The notes under the pieces: model-generated
Databases searched by the model: none
The model's input: only the letters and a program-made list of their open reading frames with translations
What the model was told of the DNA's origin: nothing
Program-made: the position numbers and the translations under genes
Source of the DNA: Actinomycetes bacterium
GTDB lineage: Bacteria; Actinomycetota; Actinomycetes; JACCUZ01
DNA length: 64,000 nucleotides
NCBI GenBank assembly: GCA_038246545.1
Contig: JBBRVW010000005.1
Location: 21,729-85,728 of the forward strand
Direction: 5' to 3'
Shown here: one piece after another, positions 37,015-45,664 of the stretch
Layout: each line of letters opens with the position of its first letter
Numbering within the stretch: position 1 is the stretch's first letter

Positions 37015-38239
37015 CAAGCGGCCCGCCGTCCTGGTCGTGTCCGGCGGCGTCATGCAGGTGCCGGCCATCGAGGCCGCGCACGACCTCGGGCTGGCCGCGA
37101 TCCTCACGGACCGCGACCCGGACGCTCCCGCCCTCGCACGGGCCGACGAGGCCCACACCGTCGACATCTTCGACGCCGAGGGCCACGTCGCACTCGCGCG
37201 GCGGCTCCGTGACACCTGGGACCTGCGCGGCGTGTTCTGCCAGGGCGCCGACGTCGAGGTGACTGTCGCCTCGGTGGCGGAGGCGCTCGGCCTGCCGGGT
37301 ATCCCGGTGGCCGCCGCGAAGCGGACGAAGAACAAGGCGCTGATGCGGGCCGCGTTCGACGAGGCCGGCGTCGTCAACCCGCGCTGGGTCGAGGTCCGCG
37401 ACGAGAGCGAGGCCGGCGCCGCGCTCGAGGCCGTCGGCCTGCCCTGTTACGTCAAGGCGCTGGACAACTCGGCGTCCCGCGGCACCAGCCGGGTCGACTC
37501 CGCCGACCAGCTGCTGCCCGCCGTCCGGCACGCGATGGTCAACTCCACGACCGGCACCGCTCTGGTCGAGGAGTGCTACGTCGGACCCGAGCAGAGTGTC
37601 GAGACCATCTTCGACGCAGACGGCAAGCTGCACCGCCTCAACATCGTCGACCGGCTCTTCACCCACGAGGGAGGCTGGGCGCTGGAGCTCGGTCACGTCA
37701 ACCCGACCGGGCTGCCGCAGTCCGACCAGGAGTCGCTGTACGCGCTGGCCGAGACCGCCGCCGAGGCCTGCGGCGTCGGTTTCGGGGTCTTCAAGTCCGA
37801 CACCATCCTCACCGCGGACGGCCCACGGATCCTCGAGGTCGCCAGCCGGCTCTCCGGCGGCTTCGACGCGCAGGTCACGACGCCGCTCGCCACCGGCCGC
37901 AACTTCATCCGGGCCGCGATGCGGCTGGCCGTGGGGATGCCGTTCGACGAGGCCGACATCACCCCGGCCCGGGACGCCTACGCCGCCGCCTGGGCGTCGC
38001 TGCCGGCCCCCGGCCGGGTCGTCTCCATCGACAACCTCGAGGAGGTGAGGTCCCTGACCGGCGTGCACGACGTGTTCCTGCGGACCGCACCGGGCGAGGT
38101 CGTCGAGCCCTACATCGACTGCGGTGCCCGGCCCGCGTTCGTCGTCGCCGACGGCACGACCTACCACGAGGCGATCGAGCACGCCCGCGCCGGTGCCCTG
38201 GCCCTGTCCATCACGACCGTCGTCGACGACCGTGGCTGA
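37007..38239 (+). CDS. ATP-grasp domain ligase
   Basis: KNKALMR, YVKALDNSASRG, LVEECYVGPEQSVE, ILEVASRLSGG. Confidence 0.85.
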   Translation: MPDKRPAVLVVSGGVMQVPAIEAAHDLGLAAILTDRDPDAPALARADEAHTVDIFDAEGHVALARRLRDTWDLRGVFCQGADVEVTVASVAEALGLPGIPVAAAKRTKNKALMRAAFDEAGVVNPRWVEVRDESEAGAALEAVGLPCYVKALDNSASRGTSRVDSADQLLPAVRHAMVNSTTGTALVEECYVGPEQSVETIFDADGKLHRLNIVDRLFTHEGGWALELGHVNPTGLPQSDQESLYALAETAAEACGVGFGVFKSDTILTADGPRILEVASRLSGGFDAQVTTPLATGRNFIRAAMRLAVGMPFDEADITPARDAYAAAWASLPAPGRVVSIDNLEEVRSLTGVHDVFLRTAPGEVVEPYIDCGARPAFVVADGTTYHEAIEHARAGALALSITTVVDDRG

Positions 38240-39008
38240 CCCGGGCCGCGGGCCGGTCGTCGTCACCGGTGCGGGCAGTGGCATCGGGCGGGCGGTCGCC
38301 GAGGCGTTTGCCCGGCAGGGAGCCACAGTGGTCGCGCTGGCGCGGTCCACCGATGCGACCGGCGAGCTGGCCGCCCAGCACGACTCCGTCGTCTCGCTGT
38401 CGATGGACGTCACCGTCGAGGACTCCGTCGTCGACGTCGCCGCTCAGGTCACCCGTGACCACGGCGCGCCGAGTGCCCTCGTGACCTGCGCCGCAGCCGG
38501 AGCAGCTGCCGGGCCGACCGAGTCGCTGTCGCTGTCCGCCTGGCGTGACGCCCTGGAGTGCGACCTCACCGGCACGTTCCTCTCGAACCGTGAGTTCGGC
38601 CGGCCGATGCTCAAGGCCGGGTACGGCCGGATCGTCAACATGACGAGCTTCCACACCGTCGCGACCTACCCGCAGCGGGCTGCGTACGTCGCGGCGAAGA
38701 GCGGGGTCGAGGGCCTGGTCAAGGGGCTCGCGGTGGAGTGGGGTGGCCGCGGGGTGACCGTGAACGCGGTCGCGCCCGGACCGATCCGCACGCCGCGCAC
38801 GCAGTTCTTCCTCGATTCCGACCCGGCCAACGAGGCCGGCATGATCGGGCGCACCCCGGCGGGCCGGATTGGCGAGCTGCCCGACGTCGTCGCCGCCGTG
38901 TCGTTCCTCGCCGGCCCGGACGCGGCCTGGATCTCCGGCCAGGTGCTCGTGGTCGACGGCGGCTGGACGAGCAACGCGTGGTGGGGCCAGCACCCCTTCC
39001 GCCCGTGA
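38232..39008 (+). CDS. SDR oxidoreductase
   Basis: VTGAGSGIG, YVAAKSG, VNAVAPG, VDGG. Confidence 0.9.
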   Translation: MADPGRGPVVVTGAGSGIGRAVAEAFARQGATVVALARSTDATGELAAQHDSVVSLSMDVTVEDSVVDVAAQVTRDHGAPSALVTCAAAGAAAGPTESLSLSAWRDALECDLTGTFLSNREFGRPMLKAGYGRIVNMTSFHTVATYPQRAAYVAAKSGVEGLVKGLAVEWGGRGVTVNAVAPGPIRTPRTQFFLDSDPANEAGMIGRTPAGRIGELPDVVAAVSFLAGPDAAWISGQVLVVDGGWTSNAWWGQHPFRP

Positions 39009-39018
39009 CGCGATTCCT

Positions 39019-39798
39019 GTGACCGACCTGTTCTCGCTTGCCGGCGAGAAGGTCCTGGTCACCGGCAGCTCGTCCGGCCTGGGTGCAGCGGTGGCCGGGA
39101 TGCTGGCCGAGGCCGGCGCCACTGTCGCCTGCGCGGCGCGGACGTCGGCAAAGGCCGAGGCGGCCGCCCGGCTGCTCGTCGGCCGCGGGTTGGCGGCCGT
39201 CCCCGTGGTCGCCGACCTCGCCGACGAAGGCCAGGTCGATGCGCTGGTGCCGGCTGCGGTGGAGGCGATGGACGGGTTCACCGGCCTGGTCAACGTCGCT
39301 GGCGTTCAGCTCAGGAGGCCGGCCGTCGACGTCAGCCGCGACGACCTGCGCGCGATGGTGCACGTCAACCTGGAGGCGACGTACCTGCTGTGCGCCGCAG
39401 CCGGCCGCGTGCTGCTGCCGCAGGGCCGCGGCTCGGTCGTCAACGTCACCTCGCTCACCGCGCAGTTCGGCCTGCCGTCCCTCTCTGTCTACGGTGCGAC
39501 CCGCGGCGGCAGCGTGCAGCAGCTGACCCGGGCCTTGGCTGTCGAGTGGGCGCCGTCCGGCGTGCGCGCCAACGCGGTGGCTCCCGGCCGGATCCGCACC
39601 CCGATGACCGAGGGGCTGTTCGCCGACGACGAGACGCGCGGGTCGTTCGAGCGGCACATCCCGATGGGCCGCGGCGGCCGGCCGGTCGACGTCGCGGCTG
39701 CCGTGCTCTACCTGCTGAGTCCCGCGGCGGCCTACGTCACCGGCCACACGCTGGTCGTCGACGGCGGCTGGTCCGTGTCCGGCTCCCTCGGCGGCTAG
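39019..39798 (+). CDS. SDR oxidoreductase (KduD/gluconate-5-dehydrogenase-like) with YxxxR active site
   Basis: LFSLAGEKVLVTGSSSGLG, YGATRGG, ANAVAPGRIRT, YVTGHTLVVDGGW. Confidence 0.85.
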   Translation: MTDLFSLAGEKVLVTGSSSGLGAAVAGMLAEAGATVACAARTSAKAEAAARLLVGRGLAAVPVVADLADEGQVDALVPAAVEAMDGFTGLVNVAGVQLRRPAVDVSRDDLRAMVHVNLEATYLLCAAAGRVLLPQGRGSVVNVTSLTAQFGLPSLSVYGATRGGSVQQLTRALAVEWAPSGVRANAVAPGRIRTPMTEGLFADDETRGSFERHIPMGRGGRPVDVAAAVLYLLSPAAAYVTGHTLVVDGGWSVSGSLGG

Positions 39799-39851
39799 TG
39801 CCCCGGACCCGACAGGCACCGATACGGACAGGCGTCGATCTTGCGCGCCGA

Positions 39852-40787
39852 TCAGTAGGCCCGGAAGTGCCGCCTGCCCTCGACCGGACGAGTGTTCAGC
39901 CGGACCAGGTCGGCAGCCCGTCGGCCGAGGAACGCGAACCGGGTGGCAGCACCCGGCAGCCCGTCGTCCCAGCCCATCAGCCGGCGCAGAGCGGCCGGCT
40001 CCAGGACGTGCTCGTCCCCGAGCTGGTGCCGCCAGGTCTCGTCGGCCGCCACGACGTCGATGGTGTGTTCGTGCATCTGCGGCCAGCGTTCCGGAAGCTC
40101 CGAGTCGGCGTACCGCGGCTGGCCCTCCAGTGACATGTCGGTGCCGTAGACGCCGACCTCGAGACCAGCTGCCGCGCCGTGGAAGATGCAGGTCGCCAGC
40201 CGGTTGCTCACCAGCCGGTCGTGGCCGCCGATCACGTCGAGCTGCCGGTGCAGGAAGTGCTCGGCTCCCGGTGCGCCGCTGGTACCCCGACCCAGCGTGA
40301 TGACGGTTGCTCCGACGTCCTCGTAGGCCCGCCGGGTCGCGGTGTCGTCCGCGTCGATCCACTGCAGGCAGACCGTGAGCGACCTCCCGTTCTCGCCCTC
40401 GGCCAGGTCTCGGGCGTAGTCGGCGTGGCTGCCGACCAGGCGGGTGTGCACCGTCGCGTGGAACGGGAACGCGATCGTCGACCCGGCACCCGGCGCCCGA
40501 GCGGTCGGCCTCGCGTCCGCTGGTCGGCCGGTCATACGCAACAGGTACAACCAGGGTGCGCCGATCGCGCGGTAGCCGCGGCCACCAAGCTCGCGGCCAC
40601 GTTCCACGTTGTCGTCGCTCCAGACGAACTTGGGCAGCCGCCGCCAGACGCCGTCGTCCATCCCGATGCCGTCAAACGGGTTCCACCCGTGCTGCAGCGC
40701 GCCGGGCACCCACCGGGCGCGGGTGAACCCTGCGTACTCTGACAGCGTCTGGGCGTGCCCGTAGGCGCGGTTCTCGGCCTGCAGCAC
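39852..40787 (-). CDS. Hypothetical protein, candidate GT-B glycosyltransferase
   Basis: C-terminal 311 aa of the long ORF reads as real protein (ENRAYGH, GALQHGW, IGAPWLY, FPFH, LVSNRLATCIFHGA). Start uncertain. Confidence 0.55.
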   Translation of the reverse strand: MLQAENRAYGHAQTLSEYAGFTRARWVPGALQHGWNPFDGIGMDDGVWRRLPKFVWSDDNVERGRELGGRGYRAIGAPWLYLLRMTGRPADARPTARAPGAGSTIAFPFHATVHTRLVGSHADYARDLAEGENGRSLTVCLQWIDADDTATRRAYEDVGATVITLGRGTSGAPGAEHFLHRQLDVIGGHDRLVSNRLATCIFHGAAAGLEVGVYGTDMSLEGQPRYADSELPERWPQMHEHTIDVVAADETWRHQLGDEHVLEPAALRRLMGWDDGLPGAATRFAFLGRRAADLVRLNTRPVEGRRHFRAY

Positions 40788-40904
40788 CGAGCCCGGTGAC
40801 AGCGACAGCAACGGAACAGATCCTCCTCGCGGGCGCTGCGCGCCCTGGTGGCGACTGACGGTGTAGCGATGTGTGGTGCGGACGGGCGAGCGGGAGGGAT
40901 CTGG

Positions 40905-42419
40905 ATGGCCGACGAGTCCGCCGACGGAACCCCTGACGCCCTGAGCGGGACCGACGCGACGGCCTCCCTGGGCGACGGTCGTCGCGAGTTCGCCGCCTCC
41001 GCGTCGACCTACTCGCTGATCGTCGCCGCGCAGCTGCTCGCGCCGGTGCTCGTGACCCCGTTCCTGACCCGTTCGCTGTCTGTCGACGAGTTCGGTCAGA
41101 GCATACTGACGGTCGTCCTGGCGCAGGTCGTGGCGATCGTGCTCAACGCCGGGTTCCCCACCGCCGTCTCCCGGCTCTACTTCCGCAGCGACCACGACTC
41201 GGCCGCCGCTCGCGCGCTCGTGTCCCGCGCGGTGCTCGTCATCGTCGTGCTGGGGGCGGTCGCTGCCGCGCTGCTCGTCTGGTCGGCCGATGCCTGGCTG
41301 GGGCTGCCGGTCCGCCTCGTCCTGCTCGCCGCCCTCGGAGCTGTCCTGCTGGCGGTGTTCGAGGTCGACCAGGCACTCATGCGCAGCCGCCGCCAGTCCG
41401 GCGCCTTCGCGCTGTGGACGGTCGTCGCTCTGGTCTTCAGCCAGCTCATGGGCATGCTGGCCGTGCTCGCCGGCGGGGGTGCCGCGGCGTTCGTCACCGG
41501 CTGGGTCGTCGGCACCGGGCTCGGCACGCTCGGCTCGCTGCTCGTCGTTCGACCCCTGCTCGCCGGCGGCCCGAGGGCAGCCGCGCAGTTCGGCGAGGCA
41601 CTGCGGATCGGCCTGCCCTCGGCGGCGTACGCCACGGTGCTCACCTCGCTGACCTACGTCGACCGCTTCGTGCTGTCGTCGCTGCACGGACCGGACGCGG
41701 CCGGCCGCTACCAGCTGGCGTACACCGTCGGCGGGGCGACCGTCGCCGCTCTCGGTGCCGTGAACCTGGCCTGGGGACCGGAGGTGCTGCGGTCGCTGCG
41801 CGCCGGACCCGCATTCCTCGCGGCGACTACCTCCGACATCGCTCTCGGGATGGTCGTGCTGGTCGGCGCCGGGGTGGCGCTCGCGCCCGTGGGCGTCGCG
41901 ATCCTGGCGCCGCCGACGTACGACCGGTCCGGGATCACCGTGGCCGCCTGTCTGCTGCTGCCGCTCGGTGCGCTGCAGGTGCTGCACTACTCCCGCACGC
42001 ACCTGCTCACGTGGCACGGCCGGCTCACGGCGCTCGCGCCGCTCTCTGCGGTGGTGGCGGCGGTGCACCTTGCGGGCAACCTGGTGCTCGACCGGGACCA
42101 CCCGCTGGCGGGGCCGCCCGTGGTGGCGCTTGTCTCGTTCAGCCTGCTCGCGGCGCTTCTGGTCCTGCTCGCGCGCGGCGGCCCCGGGGAGGGTGTCCCC
42201 GGCGTGGTCTGGTTGGCAACCGGCGCGTCGATGGCGGTCGGGGTGGCGGGGTCGTGGGCGACCGCTGCCGACGCCCCGCTGGTGGTACGACCTGCCCTGT
42301 TCGTCGTGGCACTGGTCGCGGCCGGGGCGCTGTTCCTGCACCGTCGTCGGGATTCCTCCGGTGGCGGCTCCGGCGCCGGTCCGCAGGTCCAGCCGGAGGG
42401 CTCGCCGGCGGCTGGGTAG
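40905..42419 (+). CDS. wzx: Wzx/MOP-family polysaccharide flippase
   Basis: PFLTRSLSVDEFG, AVSRLYF, VDRFVL, AAGRYQLAY; about 12-14 TM segments; GGGAGG RBS. Confidence 0.82.
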   Translation: MADESADGTPDALSGTDATASLGDGRREFAASASTYSLIVAAQLLAPVLVTPFLTRSLSVDEFGQSILTVVLAQVVAIVLNAGFPTAVSRLYFRSDHDSAAARALVSRAVLVIVVLGAVAAALLVWSADAWLGLPVRLVLLAALGAVLLAVFEVDQALMRSRRQSGAFALWTVVALVFSQLMGMLAVLAGGGAAAFVTGWVVGTGLGTLGSLLVVRPLLAGGPRAAAQFGEALRIGLPSAAYATVLTSLTYVDRFVLSSLHGPDAAGRYQLAYTVGGATVAALGAVNLAWGPEVLRSLRAGPAFLAATTSDIALGMVVLVGAGVALAPVGVAILAPPTYDRSGITVAACLLLPLGALQVLHYSRTHLLTWHGRLTALAPLSAVVAAVHLAGNLVLDRDHPLAGPPVVALVSFSLLAALLVLLARGGPGEGVPGVVWLATGASMAVGVAGSWATAADAPLVVRPALFVVALVAAGALFLHRRRDSSGGGSGAGPQVQPEGSPAAG

Positions 42420-42430
42420 CGTCGGGTCCC

Positions 42431-43330
42431 ATGACGAACGCCGGAGGGGACCGTCCCGAGCTGGCGCTCGGCACTGCCAACTGGGGCCGTAGCTACGGCG
42501 CGCCCGGCCGTGAGGCGACGGTCGGCGAGCAGACCGCGCGTGGTCTGGCAGCGGCGTTCCTCGCGGCCGGCCACCGGATGGTCGACACCGCACCGGCGTA
42601 CGGGGGGGCCGAGGACCTCGTCGGCTCGGTGCTGACCGGCCGGGCCAGGGTGGTCAGCAAGGTGCCGGCCGCGGTGATGGCCGAGCCGGACGCCGCGGGG
42701 CGTGCGGTGGCGGGGCTGCGGCGCTCGCTGCAGCGGACCCGGGTCGACCGGTTCGCCGGAGTGCTGCTGCACGACGCGTCGGCCGCCACCAGTGCCGACG
42801 GGCGCGGGCGGGACGTCGTGGCGGCGATCCGCGATGCCGACCTGGCCGACCGGGTCGGCGTGTCGGTCTACTCGCCGGAGGAGGCCACCGCAGCGGTCGA
42901 GATCCTCGGAGCTGACCTCGTCCAGCTGCCGTGCAACCTGCTCGACCAACGGTTCATCGAGTCGGGCTGCCTGCATGACTTGATCTCCGCGGGCGTCGAG
43001 GTGCACGCCCGCAGCGTCTTTCTCAACGGCGTCCTCCTCGCGGACCCCGACTACCTGGACGGGCCGCTCGCGCCACTGGCTCCCGCCGTTCGAAGGGTGC
43101 GCGACGCCGCAGCTGCCGTGGGGTGCTCTGTCCTCGAGCTGGCGACAGCCTTCGCCCGGTCTGCCACCGGAGCAGACGCCGTCCTCGTGGGTGCCTTTGC
43201 CGTGGCTCAGCTCCAGGAGGTTCTCGTGGCGTGGGACAAGGCGCAGGACCACCCCTCGTCCGCCCTCGGCTGGACCGGCTTGGCCGCCACCGGCGAGCCG
43301 GCCGTCGATCCCCGGACCTGGTCGCAGTAG
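42431..43330 (+). CDS. Aldo/keto reductase
   Basis: LALGTANWG, VDTAPAYG, VSK, LLH, GVSVY, QLPCNLLD, HARSVFLNG. Confidence 0.88.
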   Translation: MTNAGGDRPELALGTANWGRSYGAPGREATVGEQTARGLAAAFLAAGHRMVDTAPAYGGAEDLVGSVLTGRARVVSKVPAAVMAEPDAAGRAVAGLRRSLQRTRVDRFAGVLLHDASAATSADGRGRDVVAAIRDADLADRVGVSVYSPEEATAAVEILGADLVQLPCNLLDQRFIESGCLHDLISAGVEVHARSVFLNGVLLADPDYLDGPLAPLAPAVRRVRDAAAAVGCSVLELATAFARSATGADAVLVGAFAVAQLQEVLVAWDKAQDHPSSALGWTGLAATGEPAVDPRTWSQ

Positions 43331-43333
43331 CGC

Positions 43334-44683
43334 TCAGATCCGCGGTGGCAGGGCCGGGGCGCCCGACGCGTCGCTCAGGACGAGCACCGGCAGCGCGCCG
43401 ACCTGCAGCGTGGTCCCGCCCAGCGAGAGCGCCGAGGCAGTCTCGCCGAGGGTCTCCGCGGAGGTCGCCTCGAACGCCGTGCTGACCCGCGCCGACCCGC
43501 CGGGGCTCCAGTACACGCGCGCCTGCCCGCGGGGCGTCCTTAGGGTGCACACCCACACGTCCACGCCGTCGACCGGCCGGCAGGAGTCGACGGTCGAGCC
43601 GAGCATCCAGCGCTCCATGGTGCCGAACGCCTGGCCGGCCCCCGTCAGGGTCGCGTTGTCCGCCGTGACCAGCTCGGTGTTCGCGATCCCGTGCAGGTCC
43701 CAGGCGTACCAGTAGACCCGGCCGACCCCGTCGGCCGCGTCCAGCAGGTAGCTCATCGCGACGTTGGTCATCTGTGCCTCGGCGGAGATCGGCGTGGCGG
43801 CGTCGCCGCCCTGCAGCCCGAAGTTGATCTCGGTGTCCCAGACCGGCTTGTCCGCGGGCACGTCGAGCAGGCCGAGGATGCGCCGGGCCTCGGTGAGCAG
43901 CGCCGCCTTGCGCACCAGCCCCTCGCCGTCCTCCGGGTAGAGCTGCAGCGAGAGCACGTCGACCAGGTCGGCCATCGGCACGCCCTTGACCTTCTCGGCG
44001 AACAGCAGCCGGAGCCCGGCGCGCTGGCCCAGCGTGCGGACCGCCATGGCGGGTGCGACCAGGGTCGGCGTGGGGGTGACCGAGTCGACGGCCTTGCGGG
44101 CGGCTGCAGTCAGCTTGGCCATCTGCTTGTAGGTGCCGCTCCAGTAGCCCTCGACGTTGGCCTCGTTCCAGACCTGGAACGCGACGTCGGGTGCGTTGTA
44201 CTTCTCGACGACGGCTCGGACGTACGCCTTCCAGGCCTTCACCTTCGGCATCGACGCCGCGCCAGCGCCGTAGGCGCCGACCTTCTTGGGCTTGCGGCTG
44301 TAGAACGTCGGCGTCTGCCCCAGGACGATCAGTGTCTGTGCCTTGTGCGCCCGGGCCGAGTCGACGATGGCGTCGAGCCGGCTGAAGTCGAACACGCCGG
44401 GCGCGGTCTCGACCTGGTTCCAGACGACGCCGGAGTCCCAGACCCGGATCGAGCCGACCGGGCCGTCGGGCCACGAGTCGCCGACGGGGTCGGCGTCGTG
44501 AACGCCGAAGAACGCCGGCTCGAGGCCGCCCGGGACCGGTGTCGTCGTGGGGGTCGGGCGCGGCGTCGGGACGTCGTTCTCGTCCGGCCGGTCCGACCCT
44601 CCGGACCCCGACGAGCAGCCGGCGAGGGCACCCACGAGGAGGAGGGCGGTCAGGGCGGCGATGGGGGAGGGGGCTCGTCGCAT
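43334..44683 (-). CDS. Lipoprotein clan-A glycoside hydrolase (GH39/GH5-like)
   Basis: Lipobox LAGC, Pro/Thr linker, RVWD, QVWNEAN (acid/base), VWDTEINFG (nucleophile), YWYAWD. Confidence 0.78.
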   Translation of the reverse strand: MRRAPSPIAALTALLLVGALAGCSSGSGGSDRPDENDVPTPRPTPTTTPVPGGLEPAFFGVHDADPVGDSWPDGPVGSIRVWDSGVVWNQVETAPGVFDFSRLDAIVDSARAHKAQTLIVLGQTPTFYSRKPKKVGAYGAGAASMPKVKAWKAYVRAVVEKYNAPDVAFQVWNEANVEGYWSGTYKQMAKLTAAARKAVDSVTPTPTLVAPAMAVRTLGQRAGLRLLFAEKVKGVPMADLVDVLSLQLYPEDGEGLVRKAALLTEARRILGLLDVPADKPVWDTEINFGLQGGDAATPISAEAQMTNVAMSYLLDAADGVGRVYWYAWDLHGIANTELVTADNATLTGAGQAFGTMERWMLGSTVDSCRPVDGVDVWVCTLRTPRGQARVYWSPGGSARVSTAFEATSAETLGETASALSLGGTTLQVGALPVLVLSDASGAPALPPRI

Positions 44684-44744
44684 GGTCCCGACACGGTACC
44701 CATCGGGGTGGCGGGCGACGCCTGCGCGGGTTACCGGTGCGACC

Positions 44745-45581
44745 ATGAGTGTCGTGACGGCCAGCGAGCGGACGTCGGGACGCCCGGCCGTCCAGGTCGT
44801 CGCCCACCGTGGGTCCTCGGACGACTCACCCGAGCACACCCTGCAGGCCTACAAGCGCGCCATCACCGACGGCGCCGACGCACTCGAGTGCGACGTGCGG
44901 CTGACCAAGGACGGGCACCTGGTCTGTGTCCACGACCGCCGCATCGACCGCACGTCGAACGGTCGCGGCATCCTCTCGACGCTCGAGCTGGCGGAGCTCA
45001 CCGAGCTCGACTGGGGCTCGTGGCGCGACACCTGGGAGGACTTCGAGGACCCGGAGATGCCGGACCGCGACAAGTCCCAGATCCTCACCCTGCGCCGGCT
45101 GCTCGAGACCGTCGCCGCGGCCGACCGACGGGTCGAGCTCGCCATCGAGACCAAGCACCCGACCCGGTACGCCGGCCTGGTGGAGCGGCGCCTGGTGGCC
45201 CTGCTCGACGAGTTCGGCTGGGCCCGCGCGGGCGCCCCCGTGCGGGTCATGTCGTCCTCCCAGCTGTCGCTGCGCCGGCTGCGCTCGCTCGCGCCCGACC
45301 TGCGGTCGGTGATGCTCTTCGAGCGGGTCCCGCTGCGGTTCCGCGACGGCACGCTGCCCGAGGGCGTCTACGCCGCCGGCCCGAGCATCGAGATCGTGCG
45401 TGCCCACCCGCGCTACGTCGAGCGCTGCCGCCGGCAGGGCCACCCGGTGCACGTGTGGACCGTCGACACGACGGCGGACGTCGAGCTCTGCCTCGAGCTG
45501 GGCGTCGAAGCGATCATCACCAACCGGCCGGGAAAGGTGCTCGCCGCGGTCGGCCGCCCACCCGGCGCGGAGCGCTCGTGA
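44745..45581 (+). CDS. Glycerophosphodiester phosphodiesterase
   Basis: VAHRG, PEHT, ECDVRLTKDG, HD, IETK, VWTVD, IITNRP. Confidence 0.93.
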   Translation: MSVVTASERTSGRPAVQVVAHRGSSDDSPEHTLQAYKRAITDGADALECDVRLTKDGHLVCVHDRRIDRTSNGRGILSTLELAELTELDWGSWRDTWEDFEDPEMPDRDKSQILTLRRLLETVAAADRRVELAIETKHPTRYAGLVERRLVALLDEFGWARAGAPVRVMSSSQLSLRRLRSLAPDLRSVMLFERVPLRFRDGTLPEGVYAAGPSIEIVRAHPRYVERCRRQGHPVHVWTVDTTADVELCLELGVEAIITNRPGKVLAAVGRPPGAERS

Positions 45582-45597
45582 TCGAACGCCCACCTGA

Positions 45598-45617
45598 CGG
45601 CCCGTTTCGGCGGGCCG
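45598..45617 (+). terminator. Short hairpin after GDPD
   Basis: CGGCCCG-tttcgg-CGGGCCG. Confidence 0.4.
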
Positions 45618-45664
45618 GACAAGGGCACGTGTGAGGGACGAGAACAGCGGCCCGAGGGAGAACC

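Noticed and set aside
39852-42593. 913-aa protein overlapping wzx
   Set aside because: Only the last 310 or so codons look coding. The rest is the antisense shadow of wzx.
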